Assembly (NCBI GenBank): GCA_002633005.1
Contig: NMRA01000142.1
Span: 788,860 to 852,859, forward strand
Origin: Phoronis australis
Taxonomy: Eukaryota > Animalia > Phoronida
Direction of reading: 5' to 3'
Length of the DNA stretch: 64,000 nucleotides
Below, in pieces: positions 11,131 to 24,352 of the stretch (the first letter of the stretch is position 1; the number at the start of each line of letters is the position of its first letter). Below the pieces are notes generated by a model, which worked only from the letters and a program-made list of their open reading frames with translations, searched no databases and was not told the DNA's origin. The translations under genes and the position numbers were made by a program.

Positions 11131-13888
11131 CTACAGAGTAAAAGATAAATAAAACCAACCAATGAAAACTCTCAGTTGTCTCCTGCTTAAAGTGACACAG
11201 TCCGCCTCAACACAACCTCAGAGGTTACAGCCCAACATGCTCCTAGATGAGCAAAGCACATTTAATTGATATCGGTGAATGACAGAATTGGTGATCCACA
11301 ATAAACATCACAAAACACAATGGATTTTGTTGCTTTATAGTCTCTCCAATCCAACAATTACCAAAAATGCATTTGTCGGTCATAAAACAAAGTGTGTCCC
11401 TATTTAAAGAGACAGGCTTTTTAGAAACCCCCTCCAAGTATAGCGTATAATTTAATTCTGAGGTGTACACCCTGGATGACATCGACTGCAATCATCTTAC
11501 AGTTGGCAATCTCGTTCGCTAACACATGACTGACGGACAAAAGACTACCCTTGCATCAAACAGGCCAACATCATACGGCAAAATCTGAACTTACCTGGTA
11601 AGTTATAAGGCCACCTTTTTTGAATGATTGATTGATTGACTGGTTTATCTAGCACTCATTAACAACAAAACCAATACAATACAATATACTACAATAAAAT
11701 ACTGCATAAAAGACTGACAGATAGACATGGATATAAACTAAAAGATGATAAAAAATAAGACCAAGGTTCAAGTATAAAATGAAGTAAAAAAGGACATTGG
11801 TTCACAGATGAAACGAAAAGGTAGTTCACTTATTTCCATGGTGGTTCGTCAGTTTTGCAAAGAGGCTAACACTGGACAGCCTCGCTGCACAAATAAAATT
11901 GTCATACTTGTCATTTTTCCAACATTCAAAGATTATCAAGTACCTCACTGCAAATTATGGGAACTAAACTAAACGTTGTTCTTTAACATCTACACAGTAG
12001 AAATCATGCTAACAACAAACTAGCTTAATTTTTATGAAATATATGTCTGATAAGTACAATTTTATTTGTCCACTGTATTGCATGGTTACTAGACGAAGAA
12101 CTATTGTGGGTGAATGACAGACAAGGAACACCCCATAGCACAACATACAATACAGCACAGCGTACCTTTGAGTCAGGCTATCTGGGGAAACATGAGCCGC
12201 ATTTACTTGGGAGACAGCTGTCACGAAGCAACTAACACGGAACAGCTGATTGGGCACAAGTATGTGTGTAAACACAACCGACACGGAGCAAGATGATACC
12301 GTGGCGGCCATTTTTGACACCGATTTGAGAGGTAGAATGAGTTGCCGTCGATCAGTTGCTCCAGTGTCAACTACAAGTCTAAACCCGAGGAAAGGGATCA
12401 TCTTTCAATGGGTTTCAGCAACAGTGTATATATAGGTGATCTGAAAGCATTCCACGTGGATTGGACGTTGTTTAAGCGAACATGCGCAGACAGTTTTTGT
12501 GTAAATGAATCACGCTGATCCAGTTTGCGATCTAATGTCGCGTGAATGCGACTTAAAGTGGAGCAAGTTGCACCATGAAATCTCACACCGTGACAACTGT
12601 TCCTTGTGTAAAAACAGCTAGACTACCTGAGAAACATGGACAATGGCAATCTGCTTAATGAACCGTGACTTCAGGCTTACGTCTGAAATTTGGTCATACG
12701 TTCCCCACAACTATTTCTCGAAAACAATTTAAAAACCTCACTCGAGCAAACGTGAAATCTCTGAGAATGTACACACTGTCTAGTTACGGAGATAATTTCT
12801 GTAAATTATTTCTGGAATGAGTGAAGCCTGTGTCTTAATGTAGGACTCCACAAAAATGTCCAAATTCGGCTTACTTCGGAACATCATATCTCAGAAACCC
12901 AAATCGGATACATATGAAACTTTATACTTTGTTCTCCACAAGGCCGTTAGGACTTGATTTTTAAAAACTCAACTTTTGTATCGTGGACTATCAAAAATAG
13001 TACTTTTTATGACTTTCGTGAAACAAGTCATATAAAATGAAAAGGAATAGAAAACTGTAACAGCGTTTTTAAGATTTCATTTTGAACATTTACATCAAAT
13101 GAAATTAGGTCACATTATTGATACCGTTGTTCTGCTACCAATATACCTTTAAGTTTCTTTTTTGCTAAATTTTACCAAAAAGACATGGCCACGTCATCAA
13201 ATGAATGACAGATTGTTAAAAGCTCAAAAATTAACTTCTGCAGGCTTTCCACTTTCTGAAAATATTTACTTTTACGTAGTTAAAATCTGTTGTTTTGAAG
13301 ATATTTGGCTAAATACAGACTTGTTGATAAGATCTCATTACCTAAAGTCGCTTTTCATGAAACAGAACCCTCTGCCTGGTTACACGAGACAGTCCCAAAT
13401 AGGGACTCGACTAATTTCCCTAAATCTATTGTGTAATTGTGGACTTGTGAGAACACTGTCCTTTCTTATGCTGTTTTAGTCTCATTACGTAGTCAACTTT
13501 TGGTTTTGATTCAAATCGAGAGTGAACTCGACATTGAATTCTCAATATTATCGAAAATGTATAGGGACCTTTTCAAGCAATGCTCATACCTTAAGGACAA
13601 GGTCCCTATTTATTTTCTTTGAATTCAGGGCTCACTTTTTAGTTACATTATTAGAAAATGTCTTTAGTCATAGTGGAGATCATAATAAAGATAAAATGAC
13701 AGAAAAAGATTACATCTGTGAGCAAACAAAGACGCAAATACGCAAAAGATTTAGGGAACTTAGTTGATTCCTGTTTCATGTAACCCGACACAAGACTGCC
13801 TCACAGTAGACAGTCTTGCCTATCAACATATAAATAACTGATGATGAGCTGCGTCTAGGGCAACGTAGATCAATTTGGTATACTATAC

Positions 13889-14029
13889 CTTTGAGTTGGA
13901 CTCTCTGGGTAACATGGACTGTAGGACCGCCTTACACTGGGCGGCTTCGTCAGCTAGCACATGAATGACTGAAGCAGGACCGCCCCTAGCACCAAATAAA
14001 TCCAGTTCATCAATGGCCTCGAGAGCAGC
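13889..14029 (-). CDS. PHKA: PHKA coding exon 6 ([47 protein letters not shown])
   Basis: 141 nt, TTTCAG acceptor, AAG|GTATAG donor. Manual translation. Confidence 0.93.
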
Positions 14030-14935
14030 CTGAAAGAAAATAAGAGTATAGTGTCGTGGCTTTATGAGGACGACACAAAATGTGTGTACAGTTAAAGCTC
14101 TAGATTAATTTTGTATCTCAGACAATTTAATTGAAAATTTAAATTTTTGGGTGTTTTTCACAGTTCATTGCTTTTTACAGAATGTGAAAATCAAAGGGTA
14201 CGGTTACTGGAGCGTAGATTAGCATGATTCAAACCCTTCGATCAACAATCAAGGAAGTGTTATCTAGGCGATCGTCTGCTCAGTGAGCTGGCAGTCGATA
14301 TTGAATCTACGATAACCGGAACTTCTTGCGACTTAAAATGCTATTATAAAGTGATCTCTGTAGATAGTATACTCTGCATATTCAGGTTGTGCTGCTTGGA
14401 TGACCGATATCTCACAATCCGTTGTATATATGACATTTTACATTATACATTTTTCATCCGTAAAAAGACCATTGATATTATAACCAATAGGTCGCATATG
14501 AATGTTTCAGAACATTTGACTGTGGTCATCATATATCTTGTTTTAGCCTCGTTCCAGCCTCTAGCGTGTAAACAGCTTCATGCAAGCCGAAAATACAGTC
14601 ACGTTCCTGACTGAATTGACTTCCTCACGTGACTTGATTAGCCTGATAGGTGTAGAATCAGTGCCACGCATTTACTATGAATGAACACCAGTGCAGTATA
14701 CGCAGACAGTGAAATTATAAATGTGTCGCTGTTCCCCAGCGGACATCAACATAGAATTAAAACTGAAAGAGAATTATTGAGATGAGGGGGATTAATCAAT
14801 GGAGGGTCAACCTTCATTGCCAAGTTACTTTCTATGACCAGTCACGAACCAGAATAGATCGAAGCAATCTAGTCTCGGCTATGGCACTAGTCTAATGTCA
14901 CTCAACACAAAGGCTCTGTTAAGGGTATCACTTAC

Positions 14936-15016
14936 CTTTGCCATACCAATGGAGCTGGCATTGAGTTCAGGAAGACCATGATTTGTCTTATCCCCTCTCT
15001 CCCAAATACCATAGTC
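14936..15016 (-). CDS. PHKA: PHKA coding exon 5 ([27 protein letters not shown])
   Basis: 81 nt, CCAG acceptor, AAG|GTAAGT donor; contains the [10 protein letters not shown] motif. Confidence 0.95.
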
Positions 15017-15098
15017 CTGGACAGAAAACAGGAAACAGATATACCATAACCAAACCCACGGCACAGTGAGCACGACGTACAACAGTCCTAGCATAAAA

Positions 15099-15222
15099 AA
15101 CAGCTTATTATTTAAAATGACTTAATATATTAATATAGGGGGCCTCGCTTTTGAGGTCCAAAATTCAATTATTTGCCTATGTCATTTTAATAAGAATAAG
15201 TCATTTTAAATAATAAGCTGTT
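15099..15222. mobile_element. 124-bp deletion derivative of the 53500-54952 DNA transposon
   Basis: TIR aacagcttattatttaaaatgactta, 4-bp TSD AAAA. The interior is the reverse complement of the left end of the long copy. Confidence 0.8.
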
Positions 15223-15749
15223 AAAACTTAATAAGTACCACATTCCTACAACATAATCCTAAACCGAAAAAACGAGACACGAATACACGATAATACGGAA
15301 AACGGGAAACAAAATTCTCCAAGACAGAAAACAGGGAAGAAATATACCATCATCTGAAATAGAAAACAAGGACCAAGCAATTTAACATCATACTAATGTT
15401 ACAAATGAAGTTAGTGTCAAGATACTACCAATTCATGTTATTTCTCTATCAAAAGTGTAATAATTAAATTTTAAAAATATCAGAATGAACACTTGGGGCA
15501 CAAAACAAACACTTTTGGTGATTTGCAAAGACAAGAAAAATGAAACCCCAATAAAAAAACTGCTCTCAACTTGTACAATGAAAGACAAAAAGTGTTACTG
15601 AACTCAATAATACGACCAGCAGCAGTGTCAGCAGATAGCTTCCCATGCCAAACACCAGGTGGAGCAATTATTACATGACCCAAGGCATATAGTGGCTTAA
15701 TAAGATGTTATTCTCAGTCAAGTAATAAATTAACTGCATGTCAACTCAC

Positions 15750-15832
15750 CGGAATTCGATAAGCACTTTCAATATAGAACACCAAGTTTTGTATAAAAGC
15801 CACTTCGTCAAGGGTGAAAATGATTTGAAGAC
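15750..15832 (-). CDS. PHKA: PHKA coding exon 4 ([28 protein letters not shown])
   Basis: 83 nt, TTTCAG acceptor, GTGAGT donor; phase matches both neighbouring exons. Found by manual translation. Confidence 0.93.
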
Positions 15833-17749
15833 CTGAAATGAAGAAACGAAGTTCACAATAAATTGCTCGTGACTACAGCAATAAAAGCAATATGAGGCTA
15901 TCCAGAAACAAGAAATGGACAGAAAACAATCAAGCAAAATTATTTAAAGTCACACGCAGCGATAATTAGTCCAAACCAAAATCACAAACTTCAAACCGGA
16001 ATAAATCAAGAAAGCCGCATTCAATCTTCCTCTTAAAACAACTCCATTCGTTTCGTTTTCATCATGCTTAATTTCAAATGAATTAAAAAACGAAAACAAA
16101 TGGTTCCACCTTCAACCCAAAATCAATACAATAGATTTCAAAGACGGTGCTACCTGCATGAAGCTTAAATTACAGAGGAGACTCTTGGAAGCGTGTATGT
16201 CTCACATCCTGAATACCCAACACTCAAACTGTACTACACCACACTGCTGCACTATTTAGCTATTTCCCTCAACTTGGTTAAACTGTGCCTGTACGTAGTT
16301 ACATACACACGGATGTATTTTTTAAACTTCCTTAACATTCATTTAAAATGTTACTACTTCATACGTAAAGACTAACATTTCAGCGCACAAGTCATTTAAT
16401 ACCATTCTGTTGTCCTGTTTGATGTTTTACATCACGACACTCATTTCCTGACTGTACACATGATAGTGTTTGCAATTTCAATTCATTTTGCCTTGAGGAC
16501 TAAAAAAATACAATGCATTTTTTGTATAATGTTTTATGTTCTTTTAGTTGAGGTTTAAACTATGTTCAAGATGCCAAGCACATTAGGTGGTTCATTATTT
16601 CAATGATTGCGTATTGTGTAGTAGATAAGAAAAGATTACTGATTAGACATGTAAAGGTAAAGAACAGCGGTTTGATGAAACGGCGTAGCCTGTATTTGTT
16701 AATAAATTGTAAATTGACACACGGAGTTGTAAAGTGCAACAGATGGTCACATGATAGACAGAGACAAAGCACTAAGTGTATCCCAAGGCTTGGAGAGGAT
16801 GATCTCATGCACATATACACTAACCAGCTGGCCTTTGAAAGCAGCTTGTAACAATACACATGCTAACTGAGATTATCAACATGATTCCTTCGGCTAAGTA
16901 ACCCAATTCCATGGGTTTCCATACCGGATATCAGCATTAATACATCACCTCAGCTATGACGACGCAGTGTCTATTTCATGTTCAAACGCTGGTCGTGAAC
17001 ATTTTAGTAGTAATCACCAATGACTTATCTTAGAATCGCAGAGTTGTAATTATCTAACTACTTCAAATGTAGAAAGCAGGAAATTATGCGCGTAATGTCC
17101 AGCTGTTTCTGCAATTTCACACAAGGCAATCAATAATGCATTAAGTAAAAATAACGCAGCATTTCCCCCCGTTTAGCTGACTGAGAATGAAAATCTAATA
17201 AGGTTTTTACTGTCGTAGAATTGGTCTTACAATATAAATTACTGTGATAAGATCCCATTTCCGTTATCAACTCAAGACAGAGGCAATGCAAGCAGCACTT
17301 AAGAATATGCAGACTAAGCATACATGTAACATTTTGGAGGTCACATGTCTAGGGTTGACCAATCCCCACTATGCTCTGAAACATAAGCTTGAGTAGCTGA
17401 TGGTTTCAATGTTCTTGCTGGTAACAAATATAGAATCCTGTCACGGTTACGAATACTATGACACCAGTTAGATGAGAGCAAATCCTCCGATTTGATTTTC
17501 GTTTTTTAGCAGGCTAAATTGGGCAAAATGCGGCTTAAACAACGAAGGAAAATAATATTTGGCACCAAACCAACACTTGAACACAGGCCACAGTCTCCGT
17601 TATCCTTGTACGACAAGGAAACAAAACACGAACACTAAAAGTCTTAAACACGAAATATTTTCTATTTCATTTCGTGCCGTTTCCAATGTTTCACACAGAA
17701 ACACAAACACAACACTGCTTACACCTGCCGTACGCGAGGATCAACCTAC

Positions 17750-17966
17750 CTGAAGCCGTCATCTGAGACAAGGTGAGTAAGAACAGGGAAGTGGCGTCAA
17801 TCTGCAGGTGACCCCAGTTGTGGTCGCCTACGACAGCGCAACAGTCACGTGACGAGTACTTGGCATGCAGCGCGTCCCCGGGCGCCTGCGAGGACTTGAA
17901 CCTCTCCAACTTGTCTACCTGCTGCATCATAGACCGCAGAAGTCCCCGCATTAACTTTACCACACT
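17750..17966 (-). CDS. PHKA: PHKA coding exon 3 ([10 protein letters not shown]...[23 protein letters not shown])
   Basis: 217 nt, TTGCAG acceptor, G|GTAGG donor; contains the WGHLQxDA motif. Confidence 0.95.
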
Positions 17967-17988
17967 CTGCAACAAGCGACGGTGAAGC

Positions 17989-18067
17989 TTTATTTATTTA
18001 TTATTGTGATATTTAAAATGAGGGTGGCCTCTTCAGTGATAGCACTGCTTTCCAAGAGGGCCCTCAA
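17989..18067 (-). mobile_element. Possible 3' tail of an L2/CR1-type LINE or SINE
   Basis: Minus strand GAGGGCCCTCTT...GAAGAGGCCACCCTC stem-loop followed by an (AAAT)n-like tail. Confidence 0.35.
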
Positions 18068-19126
18068 GCTGGTTATCAATCATAAATAGCAGGTATGGTT
18101 ATCAACTCAGGGGCCCGCTTTTTAACTGCGTTGATCTTGGATAACAACTCTTTATACGAGACCATCAGATATGAGACATTTTGCACATAAAGTTTCTAAA
18201 ATGTCGCCTATTCAGGACCCAATATGGCAATCATCTTTTTCATTTTTTTTCGAAAAGCACTACACTGATGCTGAATCATTTTTAAATTCTATACCATAGT
18301 TTCTAAAAGACAATATTTTAGAAATTGTCGGCATAACGATGTTGGAGGAATTTGCGAAAAATGAATGAACATTAATTTTGGCAATCATTTCATTCAAAAT
18401 TGGCGATCTCTTACAGTGAAACCAAAACTTTGTCCATGCAAATTGCAGGACTAATAAAAAAAGTCTACCAAAATTTATATCACTCCAAGGTTTGAAGCAT
18501 ATTTGTGAAATACACAGCTGGCATTGACTGACAAGTTCGGTAAGGCCAACATAGCCAGTGACTATTGCTATATGAATTGTGAACAAAGTTTGAACAATAA
18601 AGTATTTATAAGAAAATGAAACGCATGTCATCATTAGACAGTTGTGCCTCATTTCTAATCCAGCAACTAAAAGCAAGAATGGTGGTCTAAACTATCATTT
18701 TGTAAAGCTAAAACATCTTCCAAGAAACAAAGAGTTCAACCTATTACTGGGCCATGACTTTCCAAAGGGCCCAGTATAGGAACTAGGACAACCTTACTAA
18801 TTTACTTAATATGAGAGTTTTACTTTATCTGCGTATATCTAAATTTCAGAGTCAGTGAATATGATGATGAAAAAGTCAAATTAATTACTGAAATGGTTAC
18901 GTACATCTGCTATATTTTAAGATAACATGAACTACCAATGACAGTCAAAAGTTTTTTGCTACATATGCATAAAGAACTTTCAAAAATAATCAATTCTTTT
19001 CCACGGATCTTCAGCTCTGTTTAATCAGATTTATTGTCTTACTGTTGAAGTACTTTGTTTGATACTGTATTAGCTGAAATGCATACATCCAAACACTGTC
19101 AATGGGGTGAGGGCAAGCCTTTATCT

Positions 19127-19485
19127 AGAGGCTGTCCAATTGGACAACTTGACTCAAATCTAGACACCCTAGTTTGAATGCTCTGTTCAGAATTTAGACG
19201 CCCAAGAAAGGTAAATAAGTAAGCATGGTGTCTCTTTTAACTTGCTACCACCAGCTCTAGGAGCTCATTGACCTGCACAGAATGATAAAGCTGGTTTAGA
19301 AATGAATTAAGATATAAAAAAAAAACGTTACTGGAAAACTATGTCTCCATGGTAACATACCACACTATGACAACAATTTGAAATGGGGTCACAAAAATGC
19401 TGTCAGGCCTCATTGGTTACGGACACCCTGAGAAATTGGGAAATCCATTTTGGATGCCTTATTTTTGAGATCCTAATAAACCGTG
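19127..19485. repeat. Dispersed repeat, diverged copy of 55884-56203
   Basis: Shared blocks atgtctcc..ggtaacatac, acaacaatttga..tggggtca.aaaaatg and cattttgga..cc.tatttt. Confidence 0.65.
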
Positions 19486-19567
19486 TGGATTCGTCATCAC
19501 CACACTTGTTGTTTTATCCACACACTGAATATATTTGATCCATTACTGTCACCCAATGCTCAACTAC

Positions 19568-19726
19568 CTGTTCCAATTCATAAGCTTTGGCTCTGTCCTC
19601 GTCCATGTCAGCATTCTTCCTGTATGCCATGGCCAGTCCCCACACGGCCATGACGGAGTAGAGATTGTCACGTACCCATGCATGAGAGTTGGTTGCACTA
19701 AGTGGCAAGAGTCCTGTGACAGGATT
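19568..19726 (-). CDS. PHKA: PHKA coding exon 2 ([53 protein letters not shown])
   Basis: 159 nt, AG acceptor and GT donor, phase 0/0; contains the conserved AWVRDN motif. Confidence 0.95.
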
Positions 19727-20177
19727 CTGAAGAGAGAGAAGTCTAACGTAGTACTTGTAGTAACAGTGTGTTCATTTCATATGATACAAAATACAAAAAC
19801 TAAAAATACAATATTGAGTTAGGGAAGGCACTGTGAAGGACTTACAGCCCGCAAAGATCAGGGCCACCCGTGAATTGTCAAAGTAAAATTTTTTGTAAAC
19901 GATAATGTGCCAACAACACAGCATGTTTGTCTTTTCCAGTAAATAGAATTGATGAACAGCAACATGGAAATTTTACTTTTAGGTACCATTTGCATAGTAA
20001 AAGTGGCTCTAAGACTGTATGATTATGTGGCCGGATTAAAAATAGAAAATTACATAAACTGTTAGTGTTTAATGTACAGTGAATTTACAAAGTTGCCTAC
20101 AATAGTACTCTTCAAGATTACTCAGCGATACAACTTTCCTCTGTCCCAGAGGTAGTGAATTTACAAAGTTTCCTAAT

Positions 20178-20682
20178 ATAGTGCCATTCCAGATTACCCA
20201 GGGATAGAACTTCGCTTGTCCCAGAGGTAAGAACGAGCACTGTTTTCATTGACCCAGTAATGGAATGTCAGGCACATTTTTACAGTTCATGTCGGAAACC
20301 GTTGAGGAGTATGACCGCGGAAATATTCCCAATCTCAACTGTTTAAAAAGTACCGAAAGGTATCTTCAAGAAAGGAGCTTCTGCTTTATCCACTTGCTCC
20401 GCGTTTTCTGGTCTTTGATTAACCTTGGGAAATAAATACCACGCATCCATTGGTATTCGTCAAGTTTATTCAACTTTCTACTATCAGAAATTGCAGCCTA
20501 TAGTACACCAGAAATACTTTGTTGCCATTAGCAGGACAAATAGAGTAATGTAGACGAGAAAAAACATGTAAAGAATATGACAGCAACAAAGAACACGTAG
20601 AAGTGCTTGACCAATACTACAGCATTGTGGACATATCAAGGGAGATTCGAGTGAAGCTGTGCAATCTGGGACGGTCCTATTC
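20178..20682. mobile_element. MITE-like element, copy 2; preceded by a ~76-bp tandem duplication of its left junction (about 20078-20228)
   Basis: TIRs atagtgccattccagattac / gcaatctgggacggtcctat; similarity to 1040-1621. Confidence 0.7.
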
Positions 20683-20924
20683 AATTACAGAAAATTTAGT
20701 GACAGAAATTATGGAATACTAACCATCAGCATCCCTATGAAGAACATGATAAAATAATTTTAAACAACACTCAGTGCCAAGAAGAGACAAATGCAAATGA
20801 AATCAAGAAACTATTGGAAGGCTGGTCTGTTTTAAACGTAGGGGTTTGAAAATGAACTAGACATCCCAGAAAATTGGACAAAAGGCGGCCATTCCATACC
20901 ACTAGTAGTAGACTATGCATAGCC

Positions 20925-21195
20925 TGTGCATGCTGTCATATACACTGGCGTGAGCAGTACAAAAATGGACAGTTGATGATTCAGGTAACTGAATGAAGGA
21001 CTGTTCGTAAATAGTTTGATTGTGGGAGTATGTGAGAGTTACAGCTTGGAAGAGTTAAAGACGTCTTAAGGGTTCCCTCTCTGCACAAAAGGTACTTGTA
21101 ACAGTGTGACATTGATGTTTTAATCAGTGTGAAGCATAATTTGTCGAAAAGCTTCTGGGATATGGAGGGTCAATTGAGACGGTGGTGTTGTCTAC
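20925..21195. mobile_element. Fold-back MITE family B, partial copy (right arm)
   Basis: aaaaatggacagtt, actgaatgaaggactg, aaggtactt, gtgtgac..ttgatgttttaatca and gaaaagcttc match the right arm of the other copies. Confidence 0.6.
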
Positions 21196-22067
21196 CTCAG
21201 TAACAGAACGTGCTAACTTCCGTAAGTAAATAACACAGAAATTACATGGTCCTTGTTCACTTCATGAATACATAGAGGTGAAAATGACCATGTTTCACTA
21301 CAATTACATACATACTTGTAAGAGAATGCTAAAACGATAGAACGTGCTGAGCTATAGCTGCAAGCGTAATTTTCACATCTAATTTAGGTTTGTTTTCAGC
21401 TCAGGGAAAATAGAAGGGAATAGCGTGACATCAGTCTCCATCAACCTGTGACCTGATGACCCAACAGTGCAGCAAATCAACACCCATACGGTGATAAACA
21501 GTACAAATCAAGTACTATTAACAAACATACCAGAACTGAGTCCCTTTTAACACGTTTTAACCAAAATAAATTACCATTGACCAAATCGATCTTTTTTCGG
21601 AACCACAAGTACGCCTATGTGAAAGGAAATTCTCCTAATTGGAGATTTATTCACAATCAAGCCAGAGAACTTCTCCTGCTGCAGTGAAATTATTCCCATT
21701 TGGCTTTTCTGGTGGCTTCGCTGTCTAACTGAATTATCTAAAAGCCTCAGAATAATGTCCACTATTCAGTTGATACATGGGCACTCATTTTCACTCATGT
21801 TTTCATTTAGTATTTATTCTTGTGAAAACGTAAGTGTAAAATAAGAGCCCGTGAGTTAATATAATTTTTTTTCAATAATAGATAACGTGTAGGATCAACG
21901 GTGGATAAAGCTTTAATCTAGGAGGAATACTCAATTCAAGTCTCAATCTTGACTCAACGACAACGTCTAACTTAGACGGTTAGACAGACGTGGTCGTGGG
22001 TAGTCGTGGGTGTGTTTCCCTCAAGGCCTCAAGGCAAGCCAAACTGCCACAATCTGCCATAGCTTAC

Positions 22068-22145
22068 CTGGTGTTTCAGAATGGTCTGATAAACAGTTCT
22101 GTGATAAATATCCAGGCGTTGGCCTGAGTTGCTTCTACTTCTCAT
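22068..22145 (-). CDS. PHKA: Phosphorylase b kinase regulatory subunit alpha, coding exon 1 (MRSRSNSGQRLDIYHRTVYQTILKHQ)
   Basis: ATG at 22145. The N-terminus MRSRSNSGxRLD is the PHKA1/2 signature. 78 nt, ends CAG|GTAAGC donor. Confidence 0.95.
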
Positions 22146-22309
22146 GTTTAAAAGGGATTTGTGTCTCCTTAACTCACATTTTGTTTCATTTACATTTTCA
22201 GGACGCAAAATCAAGTTCAGCCAGTGCAATGACCTTCACCTTTGTAGAAAGCTTGTTGTACGATTTGTAATGTAGTTTCGGTTTTAATTGCCTGATTTCA
22301 TTTCTACAC

Positions 22310-22500
22310 GTCCTGTAAATTAAAGCTCAAAATAATACCACAATAAAAATATTTAAAATCATATAGCTCAAAAACTATTGAATTACTATTATAATAAGTC
22401 ATTTTCTATATCAACATTAATGCAAAAATATCAATAAAATTGTCTTGTAGCTCTACCGGACGCCATTTGCCTTCTGGTTGTAGTCAAAAGAAGCAGGTAA
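22310..22500. promoter_or_regulatory. Candidate bidirectional promoter / first-exon zone between PHKA (-) and UQCRQ (+)
   Basis: The genes are divergent. YY1-like CGCCATTT at about 22461, plus-strand CAG|GTAATG donor after 22496, and minus-strand TTTACAG acceptor at about 22313. Confidence 0.45.
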
Positions 22501-22686
22501 TGTACCAACTTGCTGTCGAATTGTTCCCACTAATTGATGTGACAGCGTTGTCAACAGGAGAGTGTAGTATTCTTTGTTATGAGCATTACATATTTTAACC
22601 AGATTGTCGAGTCGAAGATCAATTACTTAAACCTGGGCCCATGTCTGATCTGAGTCTGAGACTGAGTAGACAGTCACACTCGCACT

Positions 22687-23404
22687 CACAGGCGTCCTCA
22701 GCTTCTGATCGTCCCCAATACACTATATAATTCTATAAGGTATGACACTCCCGACTAGAAATTCCACAGGTGCTTCACTTCAGCCGTCCGTAGCAAACAC
22801 AAAACTCTATAAATTTACACAAAACAGGAGTTGGCATGAGGAATTGTTCTTTCTCTCAATACCATTTACGGTGACCGGTGTCCTGCTTCACCAAGTTTGC
22901 AAGAAATTCACAGTCAAAGCACAAAAATTTTGCCAAAAAATCCCGTCCGGAGCAACTCCTGTGTCTCACACGAGTCGGTATGGAATTATCCAATGAGTTG
23001 CGGATGAACGGCAATTGCCGATTTGTCACGGAAGGTTCAAAATCAAAATCTTCGATGCAGTCTGGCAAATTGGCAAGTGCCGTTCATCCGTAACTCATCG
23101 GATAGTTCTGTGCTGACTCGGGTGGGACACGGAAGTTGCTCTGGACGGGCTTTTTGAGAAGATTTTCGTGCTTTGATCGCGAATTTCATGTGAACTCAGT
23201 GGAGCAAGACACCGTAAATGGTATTGGGAGAAAGAACAATTCCTCGTGATTTGTTGAACTTCTGTTTTGGGTAAATTTATGGAGTTTTGTATTTGCTGTG
23301 GACGGCTGAAGTGAAGCACCCGTGGAATTTCTAGTCCAGAGTGTCGTATCTTGTAGTACTATATATAGTGTATTGGGGACGAACAGAAGCTGAGGATGCC
23401 TGTG
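22687..23404. mobile_element. 718-bp fold-back element (family A): ~340-bp inverted arms, ~35-nt spacer, CACAGG...CCTGTG ends
   Basis: The arms align end to end; the ORF track shows mirror peptides (TRNSTGASLQPS) on both strands. Confidence 0.85.
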
Positions 23405-23405
23405 G

Positions 23406-24137
23406 TAGACAGTGGCTACCAACCATCTGTAGAGTGTAGTCTGCCTCAATAGAGACGGTGTAGGCACTTCATACGTCGGAAGCTTGTCGGCAAATTATGC
23501 CTCACACCATCTAGTGAAAGTCACATTGTTACAAATACCTTATGCACATTGAGGGACACCTTAGGTGGCGGTTGATGTCTTTAATTGCTTCAAACTCGAA
23601 CAAATACTCCCGTTATCAAACTTTTTCTTTGAGCAGTCCTTCATTCACTTCCCAAAATCGGTAACTGGCCATTTTTAACACTGCGCGTAGCATGTGGTAT
23701 GATGTTATATCCCCTGGCGTGCGCAGTGTAAAAATGGTCAGTTATCGATTTTGGGAACTGAATGAGGGGCTGCTTGAAGAAAAAGTTTGATAACGGGAGT
23801 ATTTGTTCAAGTTGGAAGGAATTAAAGACATCGATAAAAGTGGCATAAACGGGTCCCTCCTCAAAATGACTGTCGATAACCAGTTTTCACTGAATAACGG
23901 CAATGTCTATTATTCAGTGAAACTGGTTTCCAGTAGCCATTTTGAGGAGGGACCCGTTTACGCCACTTTTACCAAGACATCGATGTCCTCCTAAGGTGTC
24001 CCTGTATGCTCGTAAGCACCGCGACTTTGATGTTCTAGTCAGTGCGAGGCATAATTCACCGAAAAGCTTCTGGCGTATGGAGCGCCTATAGGAGCTACAC
24101 TGTCTCTAGTGAGCCAGCTAGAGACAGTCACTGTCTA
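23406..24137. mobile_element. Fold-back MITE family B, copy 1 (TAG...CTA ends; Academ-like, tentative), interrupted by a Merlin-like MITE
   Basis: Palindromic about ~23705; ends tagacagtg / cactgtcta; similar to 24353-24870 and 20925-21195. Confidence 0.75.
23833..23973. mobile_element. Merlin-like palindromic MITE nested in family B copy 1
   Basis: Near-perfect hairpin with GATAAAAG...CTTTTACC ends and an 8-bp TSD AAGACATC. The empty site is visible in family B copy 2 (about 24695). Confidence 0.8.
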
Positions 24138-24352
24138 ATCTCAAAGTGACATTCGAAGTCGACAGTTAACCAACTATTCTTAACCTGACTGTGTGTTGCC
24201 GAAGACAACTGTTTGAGATTACTTGAAGCGTGCTGTGTTGAGTTTTGAGTACAGAGATAAGATCGAAGGCCCAGTAGTCATGTAGAACCTGTTGTCAAAT
24301 TAGCGATTACTTTTGATAGTCCCTGATTGTGAGAACCATGCATTTACTGTAT

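Noticed and set aside
22742-23467. Paired similar ORFs on opposite strands
   Set aside because: They are a by-product of the long inverted repeat; no protein family signal.
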